Counted from the stretch's first letter, positions 23,563-31,872 are shown. The stretch: DNA of 55,838 bases from a virus (IMGVR_UViG_3300046808_000835:1-55838), one strand, 5' to 3'. Notes: a model not told the origin generated them from the letters alone. Program-made: numbers and translations.

Positions 23563-24321
23563 ATGACTAAAAAATACTCGATTGACTCATTACCACATCA
23601 AGAACTTGTAAAGCTTTCCGACTCACAATTAACTGAGTGGTGTGATACTAATAATGTACACGCCCAACACACCTGGCTGTTGCCACAAATCGTGGCAAGG
23701 ATGTCAAACTGGACACCACAACGAACTGAGGGTCGACTAGACCCATTTGAAACACTTAGACTGGGTTGCGTAACCACACTAGACCAACTGTGCTGGAGGC
23801 TAGCTAGACTGCCCAGAAGTGCGTTAATTAAGGGTCAGGTAGCCAATCCACAGTATTCACAACTGGTACCACTTATACTACTAGCATTCAAGCAACAGTT
23901 TGGGATCATGTATAGTAGTTGGCAAAACTCGCAGCGACTAGATTTAGTGTTAGAACCCAAACTGTATGAAATGGTGAACCTTAGTCTAGAGCAAAGGGAA
24001 GTTGTTAACGGTTTAGGGTCAGAACAACTACTAGAGCTTCGTGATCATGGTTTGTGGAACTCACGAACACAAAAGCTGAAAAGTGCTACTAGTACCTGGG
24101 CACTTAGTCGTGTTGCAGGTACTCCACTAGCCGGCTTACCTAAACTTACACAAACCATTTTAACCCAAATTTGGCTAGCACATCCCACAAAGCGTAACTC
24201 AAACATGATCCTAGATCCACTCAACTGGGATCGTATTCCACCTCCACTAGTTTCACCGGAACCTCTGCTCGAAACCACCACAACCACTACCACCGACACT
24301 TACAAACTGCCATGGCTGTAA
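23563..24321 (+). CDS. T5 D2-like protein
   Basis: PR......Q...P.YS.LVPLIL.AFK.....YS.W and C-terminal LTQIWLA recall T5 D2; followed by a D3-like gene as in T5. Confidence 0.65.
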   Translation: MTKKYSIDSLPHQELVKLSDSQLTEWCDTNNVHAQHTWLLPQIVARMSNWTPQRTEGRLDPFETLRLGCVTTLDQLCWRLARLPRSALIKGQVANPQYSQLVPLILLAFKQQFGIMYSSWQNSQRLDLVLEPKLYEMVNLSLEQREVVNGLGSEQLLELRDHGLWNSRTQKLKSATSTWALSRVAGTPLAGLPKLTQTILTQIWLAHPTKRNSNMILDPLNWDRIPPPLVSPEPLLETTTTTTTDTYKLPWL

Positions 24322-24620
24322 AATATACCAAAGAAATCGTTGAAGAAATTGTTCGTGACTATGAAGCAGGCCGTCCAGTTGCAGAGATTGCACAACAGCT
24401 GGATGTACCTGAACGTAGTGTAATTGCTAAGTTGAGTTCGCTTGGAGTGTACAAGCGCAAGCAATATGTTAACAAAAATGGTGAAGCTCCTGTTAAAAAG
24501 GAGGTTTACATTGGTCGTATCGCTACACTGCTAGATGCCAACATTGAACTCTTAGACTCACTGGAAAAGGTAAACAAGCGAGTGCTTGTTATGCTTATGG
24601 AGGCACTGGAGTCGAAGTAG
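24312..24620 (+). CDS. T5 D3/A2-family DNA-binding protein
   Basis: YT.E....IV.DY.AG..V.EIA......RSVIAKLS..GVY. Confidence 0.7.
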   Translation: MAVKYTKEIVEEIVRDYEAGRPVAEIAQQLDVPERSVIAKLSSLGVYKRKQYVNKNGEAPVKKEVYIGRIATLLDANIELLDSLEKVNKRVLVMLMEALESK

Positions 24621-24678
24621 ATGCGGCTTTTTGCAGCTTACCACAATCAGAATTTTACCCCTATAAATTCGCTCAAGG

Positions 24679-24713
24679 TGCCACAGGTTTAACAACCTGT
24701 GGCATTTTTTTTT
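24679..24713 (+). terminator. Intrinsic terminator ending the early plus-strand unit
   Basis: TGCCACAGGTT-TAAC-AACCTGTGGCA then T9. Confidence 0.9.
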
Positions 24714-24908
24714 GACCCTAAACTGCAACAAATCACAGTTTTGGGTGCCATGTGTCAAATTTTCCACAATTAAACACAATTATTGCAGTTTAGGGTCAAA
24801 CAAACGAAATTAAGTACTTGACACTGACCCTAAACTGTGGTAGTCTGGGTTGGGTGACCAGTGTGTAGAATTTTCGTGGAGTTTTTGCACTGGCGCCGGT
24901 TTAGGGTC
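24711..24908. repeat. GACCCTAAAC motif x4, including an 18-bp perfect inverted pair
   Basis: TTTGACCCTAAACTGCAA 24711-24728 / TTGCAGTTTAGGGTCAAA 24783-24800; further copies at 24825 and 24899. Confidence 0.85.
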
Positions 24909-25003
24909 GAACGCAAGAATTTGCACTGGCGCAAAACACATGCACACACTAGTTTTTGCACTGGCGCAACATTAACGGATTCGTCAAGATTTTGCACTGG
25001 CGC
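24884..25003 (+). repeat. Four direct repeats TTTGCACTGGCGC, period 36/35/36
   Basis: Starts 24884, 24920, 24955, 24991; unique 22-23-nt spacers. Confidence 0.9.
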
Positions 25004-25020
25004 AGCAGGCCAACCAGGTT

Positions 25021-25292
25021 AGTTAGTGCTTACTAACTGCACCAAGTTGGTGCACAGTGCACCAAAACAGTGCATGATTTGTGAGTGGCCGCTAACTTGT
25101 GGTCTATGTGGCGTTTTTGCAACGTCGCAAAAGTTTTACAAAAATTCCCTTGACACCACGGAATTTTATGTGATAAAATTGGCGCGTCAAGTGTTGCATT
25201 TTTGCAACATGTAAAAAGTGAGCGCTCACTTTCAAAAAGTTTTAAAAAAATGCCTGCATTGTTAATGCAGGCATTTAAAAGGGCTTTCGCCC
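25021..25292. promoter_or_regulatory. Cluster of operator-like palindromes
   Basis: AGTTAGTGCTTACTAACT, TGCACCAAGTTGGTGCA, TGCACCAAAACAGTGCA, TTTTGCAACGTCGCAAAA, TGTTGCATTTTTGCAACA, AAAGTGAGCGCTCACTTT, AAATGCCTGCATT-GTT-AATGCAGGCATTT. Confidence 0.7.
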
Positions 25293-25298
25293 CGTTAA

Positions 25299-25628
25299 TT
25301 AAACCGGCTTTGAATTAGCCAGTGCGGTGAAAATCGCTTTAAGAGCCGATTTATTGGCTTTAGTAAGCGAATCAGTATCCGATTCACTCAATTGCAGAAT
25401 CGCGCCAATTGCATCAGCGTGAGCGTCTTTTTTAACAGGCTTTTCGCCAGTTTTAGAAACATACTCTTTTTTCTTATAAACTCCCTCACGCGAGAGTTTA
25501 GCCACAATCGACCGAACCGATTTTCCCATGCGATCAGCGATAGATTCCACGGATTCACCGACCAGATAACCAGCGACGATATCTTGAGTTTGTTCCGGAG
25601 TGTAGTTCACAGTTTTAGTTGCAGCCAT
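25299..25628 (-). CDS. T5 A2-like DNA-binding protein, copy 1
   Basis: MAATKTVNYTPEQT...GKSVRSIVAKLSREGVYKKK...SLTKANKSAL; own promoter TTGGCC-17-TATAAT. Confidence 0.7.
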   Translation of the reverse strand: MAATKTVNYTPEQTQDIVAGYLVGESVESIADRMGKSVRSIVAKLSREGVYKKKEYVSKTGEKPVKKDAHADAIGAILQLSESDTDSLTKANKSALKAIFTALANSKPV

Positions 25629-25886
25629 TTTCAAGCATCCTTTTTGGATTGTATCAGAAAACCCTTTCGGGCGGTTCAGGCTTTGCTTTGTGCTCTGCCC
25701 ATGAAAAGAATTATACAGGAAAACCAACCGGCGGCCAACAACAAAATTTTATATGTATATAGCAAATGGTTATATGCACAAAAACAACAGATACAAAAAA
25801 TTTACAATGTTCTGCTTGACACGGGCAAAATTATAATGATATAATTTTGGCGCGGTTTTTGCTGCACTGCAACATAGAATCCGAAT

Positions 25887-25914
25887 AAAAAAGCCGGATT
25901 ATCTCCGGCTTTTT
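25887..25914. terminator. Bidirectional terminator
   Basis: AAAAAAGCCGGA-TTATC-TCCGGCTTTTT. Confidence 0.8.
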
Positions 25915-25915
25915 G

Positions 25916-26263
25916 TTAATCAATATCCAATTCTGAATAATAAACGTTCGTTAACGCAAAACGCTTTTCCATCTTTTTAGCCAATCGCATAAAGTGTTTA
26001 CCGTGAATTTCAGTTAAACCCTTTTCTGCCTGATAAGCGTGAATCAATTCATGGGCCAAAAGTGTATTAAATTCTCGGTCAAAATCTGAATTACTGCAAA
26101 CATAAAAACGGATTATGTGACGTTTAACTTTGCCATTATCACGCATTTTAGGCCAGTATTCAGCATCATATTCAGACAATTTGCAGAATCTGAATTGTAT
26201 ATCAACCGGCTTTTTAAGTTTTAAAAAACTCACAAAATCGTTTAACAGATTAACGTCAATCAT
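25916..26263 (-). CDS. SprT-like zinc metallopeptidase
   Basis: TLLAHELIHAYQ...HGKHF. Confidence 0.75.
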   Translation of the reverse strand: MIDVNLLNDFVSFLKLKKPVDIQFRFCKLSEYDAEYWPKMRDNGKVKRHIIRFYVCSNSDFDREFNTLLAHELIHAYQAEKGLTEIHGKHFMRLAKKMEKRFALTNVYYSELDID

Positions 26264-26508
26264 TTTTTACCCCAAATTTTAAAGTATAGCATAACATTTA
26301 CAACCCCAAAATTAGCCACATAATTAAAAACTAAGGGCCAATCGTTTCGGTCAATAGTATATATCAACATGAAAACTTCTGCAAAAAACCAGCAAAGCAA
26401 AAATGCCCAGGATAATCCTGCGCTAGATTTATCCTGATAACATTTAACAGCCTGCGGTATTCCACATATTGCAAACAATGTGCTACCGATCCATGCGATT
26501 GCTTCCAT
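26260..26508 (-). CDS. PQ-loop/SemiSWEET-like 3-TM protein
   Basis: IG..LF....IPQA.K....KSS.GLS...L...Y......P...NY. Confidence 0.8.
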   Translation of the reverse strand: MEAIAWIGSTLFAICGIPQAVKCYQDKSSAGLSWAFLLCWFFAEVFMLIYTIDRNDWPLVFNYVANFGVVNVMLYFKIWGKK

Positions 26509-26623
26509 TTTTAAATTACCCTTTCGATTGTGGCAGTTAAAAGAAAACGGTCATTATAATATACCGTTTCAAACCGCTTTGCACTTATTAAGTGCAAAGC
26601 GATAATCAGGCAAATATAGAATC

Positions 26624-27316
26624 TCATTTAGCCGTGAAATTATCTTTTACCTGAAACTTGCGCCAATCATAACGCACCACATTATCCTGCCATTTACGAC
26701 GATTAACAATCTTTTGCAGGATAGGCAATTCAAAATCTCGCGCATCTTCTAATGCGGTATGCGGTTCAGTTTTAAATGAACCAGTAATAAAACCAGCGAC
26801 ACATTCGGCATTGGTTTTAAACGTCATGTTACCGTGTTCTGTCACACGATTAAATGCGTGATTATCAACGCAGAATTGACGATATTTTTTGGAATTGCAG
26901 ATATTACCGACTGCGGCTTGCCACAAACAAAACTTACTATTAAACCCGGAAAGGTCAATACCAGTATTGGCACACTTGTCCGAATCAAACGCTAGATTGT
27001 ATGCGGTAAGCATAGGATTATATTTTGCAACGGCTTGAATAAGCCAGCGATTAATAGCAGACACTGATGCCATAATACGATGGCCGGAATCCAGCATTTC
27101 ATTATAACCCTGCCGCTTTTGCTCGGCATATTCACGCGACCATTCTGCGCGAGAATTGGGAATATAAAAAAGGGATTTAGAATCGAAATGATCTTTTACC
27201 AGTACGGCACACTGATTGAAAATTTCACCGTGACGATCAACGATAACGCAGGCAAAATCAGCCACAGTATCATCAATGGTAGTTTCGGTGTCAATAATCG
27301 CAAAATACTTTTTCAT
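26624..27316 (-). CDS. DEDDh 3'-5' exonuclease
   Basis: IIDTETT, AYNLAFD, HTALEDA; start MKKYF downstream of TTGCAC-17-TATACT. Confidence 0.85.
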   Translation of the reverse strand: MKKYFAIIDTETTIDDTVADFACVIVDRHGEIFNQCAVLVKDHFDSKSLFYIPNSRAEWSREYAEQKRQGYNEMLDSGHRIMASVSAINRWLIQAVAKYNPMLTAYNLAFDSDKCANTGIDLSGFNSKFCLWQAAVGNICNSKKYRQFCVDNHAFNRVTEHGNMTFKTNAECVAGFITGSFKTEPHTALEDARDFELPILQKIVNRRKWQDNVVRYDWRKFQVKDNFTAK

Positions 27317-27617
27317 GGAAAACCTTATACCGGAAAACGCCGGATAGTCGCGTGTGGCAGTGCCGCCACAGAAAAGAGTATACACCCAATCCCAAGACTG
27401 TGCAAGCCAGGCATCATTGAATTTTTCTATCGCGCCCATAGAAAATTTCAATCGGCCAGGGTCTTGACAAACTCAAAATTTTATGGTAAAATTTTGGCGC
27501 CGTGGGTGTTGTAAAAAAACAACACCACAAAAAATTTACAATTTTTTCTTGACACGGCCGAATTTTATATGATAAAATTGGCGCCTCAATTGCCTAAAAA
27601 ATAGGCAATTGAGTTTT

Positions 27618-27788
27618 TTAAATTGTCACAGTATCCTCAACCGTAAAAATTTCAATAGTACTATATCCCAAATCGTATTTTAGCAATTTGCGGTAATCTT
27701 CAAAGATTCTGTCATAATCACAATTTTCTGTGAGAATATCCAATTTGCCGGAATCGTCATCATAAAAACCCACAATGCAATAATTCAT
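27618..27788 (-). CDS. Small acidic hypothetical protein
   Basis: MNYCIVGFYDDD...; starts just after the dmp-like stop. Confidence 0.55.
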   Translation of the reverse strand: MNYCIVGFYDDDSGKLDILTENCDYDRIFEDYRKLLKYDLGYSTIEIFTVEDTVTI

Positions 27789-27789
27789 T

Positions 27790-28263
27790 TCAGTGTCCTT
27801 GAAAACTTGGGCAAAATACTGGTTTGATTTGCGGAAAACGATCACAAACTGCCATCAGATAATCACGATTATCCTCATAAAAAGCCCATTCCGCTTTTTG
27901 GAATTGTGGCAAGTTAAAAAACCGGGCCAATCCGTTTGATTTAAGGGTTTTACCGGATTGTGAATCATTAGGCTTGCGAGAGATAATATAATCAGGCCGA
28001 CCCAAAACCGTATCAATAAAACGTGCATCTGGACGATTAATAACTCGCGCAGTGGCAATAATCACATAAGTATTAGGGCAAAGTAAATCGCGCTTATATT
28101 GATCGGCCAATGGCAAGAGTTTATCCTGCATTGCGCGATACTCATTAGCACGCCAGTATTCTAGATCAATACGTTCCGTGCCGTCCAGATTTTTGATTGT
28201 GCGATACCTGTGCAAACTGTCCACAATAGTACCGTCCATGTCGTACACTTGAACCCGTTTCAT
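27790..28263 (-). CDS. dmp: HAD-family deoxynucleoside 5'-monophosphatase (T5 Dmp-like)
   Basis: RVQVYDMDGTIVDSLHR...IDL..WR...MQDKLLPL...IATAR...FYEDN recalls the T5 Dmp N-terminus. Confidence 0.7.
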   Translation of the reverse strand: MKRVQVYDMDGTIVDSLHRYRTIKNLDGTERIDLEYWRANEYRAMQDKLLPLADQYKRDLLCPNTYVIIATARVINRPDARFIDTVLGRPDYIISRKPNDSQSGKTLKSNGLARFFNLPQFQKAEWAFYEDNRDYLMAVCDRFPQIKPVFCPSFQGH

Positions 28264-28461
28264 CGTTTGTTTTCCGTTGTTTGTTTCCATGAGAGAATTA
28301 TACACGAGCCACACAATCCTGCAAGCAACAAAAAATTATTAGCACATGAAAAAAAGTTGCTTGAGATGCCTTGACACCAGCAAATTATATATGATATAAT
28401 TTTGGCGCCGCAAGTGTGGTAAAAATACCACACTTGACCAGCAGGTTACAGTCTGCTAGGG

Positions 28462-28776
28462 TTAGGCTTGCAACGCCTTGAGAATTGCAGCCAATGCAGA
28501 TTTATTGGCTTTTGTCAAACTTTCGGCATCACTTTCCGACAGTTGCAGGATTGCAGCGATCGCATCAGCCTGAACATCCTTGCTTACCGGACGCTCGCCA
28601 TTTTTGCTAACGTACTCTTTCTTTTTGTACACGCCTTCGCGTGACAGTTTAGCCACAATCGAACGAACCGATTTGCCCATTTCCTGAGCAATAGATTCGA
28701 CAGATTCACCGGCCTGATAATCAGCCACGATTTTCAGGGTTTGCTCTTGCGTGTAGTTTACGGTCTTTTCAGCCAT
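28462..28776 (-). CDS. T5 A2-like DNA-binding protein, copy 2
   Basis: Highly similar to copy 1 (identical MGKSVRSIVAKLSREGVYKKKEYVSK); own promoter TTGCGC-17-TATAAT. Confidence 0.7.
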   Translation of the reverse strand: MAEKTVNYTQEQTLKIVADYQAGESVESIAQEMGKSVRSIVAKLSREGVYKKKEYVSKNGERPVSKDVQADAIAAILQLSESDAESLTKANKSALAAILKALQA

Positions 28777-28993
28777 TTGAAGCACCTTTTAGGTTATAAC
28801 ACAAATTCGATCAGCCCCGCGCCAACCGATAAAAACAATTATACAGAACAGAACCCAGTCGCGCAAGTGTGAAATGTAAAAGGTTTGTGTTGCTTACTTC
28901 CACAAAAAATTTACAATTGACGGCTTGACACCAGCAAATTATATATAGTATAATTTGGCGCCACAAATGCCTAAAAGTTAGGCATTTGTAACT

Positions 28994-29209
28994 TTAAAAA
29001 TTCCAGTTTATGATCGCAATTGAATTTGCTACCAAAAAACTAGCCTGTAAAAATGCTAGGTTATATTGACGGAATCTAACGGCAGTTAAAAAAAGAATTA
29101 TGCTGCTAACAAAAAACAGTGGAATTGCGCCGGTTGGCAGTTTGAATGCCAGCAAAAAACTGCCCACAATTCCAAAACTTACGCCAAAAATTTCCAAGAG
29201 TTTGTTCAT
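28994..29209 (-). CDS. Small multi-TM membrane protein
   Basis: Three hydrophobic segments. Confidence 0.65.
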   Translation of the reverse strand: MNKLLEIFGVSFGIVGSFLLAFKLPTGAIPLFFVSSIILFLTAVRFRQYNLAFLQASFLVANSIAIINWNF

Positions 29210-29598
29210 TATACTTTATCCATTCTGTGATAGCGTTTCGGAGCCAGTCCATAGTTTAGCATGATTTTTTGCCAATTTTTACCGTGTCCGCATTTCTTTT
29301 CACTTTCACCGTACAGGTTAAAATCTACTTGATGGGCCAATTCATGCGGCACAATTTCATGCGACATAATTGTGAGATATTCCGGGCTATGCAGCCAAAA
29401 ATTAATGCCAAATTCAATACGATTGCTTTGTTGAAAACACAATCCTGCGGTAACTTTTAGTCTGCCGTTTAGTTTAATTTCCGGCATTTCAAAATGAGAT
29501 AGTTCAGGATACAGCAATACAAATTTTTGCCAGTGACGCTGGCAAATTGTCCTGACCGTGTTGGTCAGTTCTGTGCGCTGTGATTTTGTGAGAGCCAT
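29209..29598 (-). CDS. SprT-family metallopeptidase
   Basis: RLKVTAG...IVPHELAH...HGKNWQKIM...G..P.RYH. Confidence 0.85.
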   Translation of the reverse strand: MALTKSQRTELTNTVRTICQRHWQKFVLLYPELSHFEMPEIKLNGRLKVTAGLCFQQSNRIEFGINFWLHSPEYLTIMSHEIVPHELAHQVDFNLYGESEKKCGHGKNWQKIMLNYGLAPKRYHRMDKV

Positions 29599-29746
29599 GA
29601 AAAGATTATAGCACAGTGCGACAGGCCAACAAGCAACAAAATTTCATTAGCATATAGCAAAAAGTTGCTTGCAGCCTGTTGACACCAGCAAATTTTATGT
29701 GATAAAATTGGCGCCCGGATTGCCTAAAAATTAGGCAACCTTACTT

Positions 29747-30043
29747 TTAAATGGTAATCTTTTGCGCTGGAAATTGGATTGAACCGTCATATTCTAATTG
29801 GTCGCGCTCATAACTGGTAAGATAATCGTCCTCATGCAAACTCCAATCAATAATCCATTCACGGAAATATTCATTGTCGCATTCAATTTGCGGTTTAGCA
29901 CGCAAAATCAGGTTATGCAATGAAACATAATCGACACGCTGAACATTTTCAATCACATAATCGTTCCCGCCTTTAGCCTTCCAGTAAGGCTTATCGGCAT
30001 CGCCATAGTTTTCCATTACTTGAGTTTCGATCACGATTTTCAT
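29747..30043 (-). CDS. Hypothetical protein
   Basis: KIVIETQ..ENYG.....YWK.KGG..Y. Confidence 0.75.
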   Translation of the reverse strand: MKIVIETQVMENYGDADKPYWKAKGGNDYVIENVQRVDYVSLHNLILRAKPQIECDNEYFREWIIDWSLHEDDYLTSYERDQLEYDGSIQFPAQKITI

Positions 30044-30054
30044 ATAAAACCCTT

Positions 30055-30285
30055 TTAGATATACTCTGACCCGCCGCCATAATCTTCATCAGTACCCCAG
30101 CCTGCGGATGCTAGTGCATCTGAATCATCATTATAGTCCGGTTCTGAATCACTGTCAAGCGGAGCGATTCCGCTTTCGATTGCTTCCATAACCCAAGACT
30201 CGGGAATGTCGAGCCATTTAGCAATCTCGGCCACAGTCATGCCATCTTCAATGCCATCACAGATATTCATTTCAAGATCAGTCAT
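30055..30285 (-). CDS. HTH-like N-terminus with acidic tail
   Basis: DGMTVAEIAKWLDIPESWV...DALASAGWGTDEDYG. Confidence 0.7.
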   Translation of the reverse strand: MTDLEMNICDGIEDGMTVAEIAKWLDIPESWVMEAIESGIAPLDSDSEPDYNDDSDALASAGWGTDEDYGGGSEYI

Positions 30286-30286
30286 T

Positions 30287-30409
30287 TTACTTCCTCACAA
30301 TTTCACGAACAAGGTACACGGAAATGTTATATTTTGCAACCAGTTGCATGATGGTCATGCCCAGTGCATAGTCACGCTCGATCAGGGGAACCGCTTGTTC
30401 TAGACTCAT
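30287..30409 (-). CDS. 40-aa HTH-like peptide
   Basis: MSLEQAVPLIERDYALGMTIMQLVAKYNISVYLVREIVRK; GGAG RBS; TTGTAC-17-TATACT promoter. Confidence 0.6.
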   Translation of the reverse strand: MSLEQAVPLIERDYALGMTIMQLVAKYNISVYLVREIVRK

Positions 30410-30579
30410 TTCATTTGCTCCGTTCAACATGGAAACAGTATAGCATACCGAGCACAGTGTACAAACGACTTTTTGTTATTAGCATATAGCAAAAAATTGC
30501 TTGCAGCCTGTTGACACGCACAAAAATCATATGATATAATTTGGCGCGTCAAGTGTGGTATTTTTACCACACTTGAATT

Positions 30580-30669
30580 TCATTTAATGAACCTGAACAG
30601 AATCCAACATTTTACCACGAAAATTGCAGCCACTACACCGGTGGCCACAATAATTTCACAATTAGTCAT
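30580..30669 (-). CDS. 29-aa single-TM peptide
   Basis: MTNCEIIVATGVVAAIFVVKCWILFRFIK; GAGG RBS. Confidence 0.45.
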   Translation of the reverse strand: MTNCEIIVATGVVAAIFVVKCWILFRFIK

Positions 30670-30952
30670 AGTATACCTCAGAGTTACGATCCAGCCATTC
30701 TACATATTCTTCCTGAATTGAGTCATACTCTTGCTCATGGAAACGCTCTTCCATTTGTCGCAGAACATCATCAGGAAAACCTTCTTCAGCATAACGCTCA
30801 TCCAGCCATTCTGGCTGGGTTTCCGTCCAAGAATCAAACATAAACTCAAGATGGCTCAGCCATTTTTTGCTAGATTCGTCAGAGTAGCAAGGCTCTTCAT
30901 AATCATAGCGTGAATCATAGTAATAACTTTCAGGGGTTTCGACGATCTTCAT
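30662..30952 (-). CDS. Highly acidic protein
   Basis: About 29/96 D+E; promoter TTGACA-17-TATAAT. Confidence 0.75.
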   Translation of the reverse strand: MKIVETPESYYYDSRYDYEEPCYSDESSKKWLSHLEFMFDSWTETQPEWLDERYAEEGFPDDVLRQMEERFHEQEYDSIQEEYVEWLDRNSEVYYD

Positions 30953-31031
30953 GTTTGCTTCCTTGTTTCAATGTGTCTATTATACAGGAACCAGTTGCTG
31001 TGTCAACAGGTTCCTGTGTCAACATTGTAAA

Positions 31032-31184
31032 TTAATAGCGTGATTCTGCAAGTTCACGCAGTTCACGGTTAGCATCTTCCCTGTCCTGCTCAAAGCATTC
31101 TTCCAGAATCTTTTGGGTATCGTCAAAGAACCCATCATCATAGAAGTCCTCGCAGGTCACAGCACAATCAAAATCGTCAAACAT
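31032..31184 (-). CDS. Highly acidic 50-aa protein
   Basis: MFDDFDCAVTCEDFYDDGFFDDTQKILEECFEQDREDANRELRELAESRY; AGGAGG RBS; own promoter; not in ORF track. Confidence 0.7.
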   Translation of the reverse strand: MFDDFDCAVTCEDFYDDGFFDDTQKILEECFEQDREDANRELRELAESRY

Positions 31185-31255
31185 CACAACCTCCTGTTAA
31201 TGTATAAACATTATATCATGCAATCCTGGGCCATGCAAGCCCAGGATTTTTATTG

Positions 31256-31579
31256 TTACGCTGCGATCCACTCCTGCTCATCACGGAACAGCAAACCTTC
31301 TGAACCATCATATTCATCCATCACAAACTGCCTACCTTCACGCACCCACAGCACGCCCAGATCATCCATGTTGCCATCCCAACGATAGGTGTCCCACAGG
31401 TAGTCCGTCAGGGCATCCGTACCCAAACCGTTTTCCATGTTTTCCAGTGATGCAGCAACCACCGGGTCAAACATGGCTTGCATACGATACTCACGGTCAA
31501 GCCCTGTCGAGAAGCCACGACCGTAGTCGTTGGTCAGTACCACAGCCACAAAACCGTCACGCTTCAATTTGGCAACCAT
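31256..31579 (-). CDS. Hypothetical phage protein
   Basis: VAVV....YG.GFST...MFDP...F..DEYDGSE; AGGAG RBS; TTGCAC-17-TATACT promoter. Confidence 0.8.
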   Translation of the reverse strand: MVAKLKRDGFVAVVLTNDYGRGFSTGLDREYRMQAMFDPVVAASLENMENGLGTDALTDYLWDTYRWDGNMDDLGVLWVREGRQFVMDEYDGSEGLLFRDEQEWIAA

Positions 31580-31641
31580 CACAATCTCCTGTTAACGTGT
31601 GAACAGTATAGCACAGCCATAGATTTGTGCAAGCATTTTTC

Positions 31642-31688
31642 GATTGTATTTTTCTATTGCGTTTTCGGGTTGATAGAAAAATACAATC
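31642..31688. repeat. 16-bp perfect inverted repeat at the pre-early/late boundary
   Basis: GATTGTATTTTTCTAT / ATAGAAAAATACAATC. Confidence 0.8.
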
Positions 31689-31819
31689 ACGAAAATACTT
31701 GACAACAGGGGGGTTATGGGACATAATGAATGATTGTGTGCTGATCACCCACACACACGTAAATCATGAAAAACAAAACCAAAACCCTCACGGTGCCATC
31801 ACCCTAATAAAAAACACAC

Positions 31820-31848
31820 TTGCCATACATGCATAACCATGTTATACT
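31820..31848 (+). promoter_or_regulatory. Promoter for terminase genes
   Basis: TTGCCA-17-TATACT. Confidence 0.7.
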
Positions 31849-31872
31849 GTAAAAAATTTCTCGAGGAATACA

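Larger units (their letters stand above)
25150..30576 (+). repeat. Eight dispersed modules: TTGACA-N18-TAWAAT-T1-3-GGCGC-palindrome
   Basis: TTGACA at 25150, 25816, 27464 (N17), 27549, 28371, 28925, 29679, 30511; all plus strand, all intergenic. Confidence 0.9.

Noticed and set aside
24884-25003. CRISPR mini-array or TIGR array (36-nt period)
   Set aside because: Repeat is only 13 nt and not palindromic; no second conserved loop repeat or box C/D motifs; no cas or Nop-domain gene recognised in the window. Kept as a direct-repeat element.
25150-30576. Integron attC cassettes or IS ends for the eight modules
   Set aside because: No GTTRRRY/RYYYAAC cores, integrase, transposase or target duplications; the conserved part is promoter-shaped.
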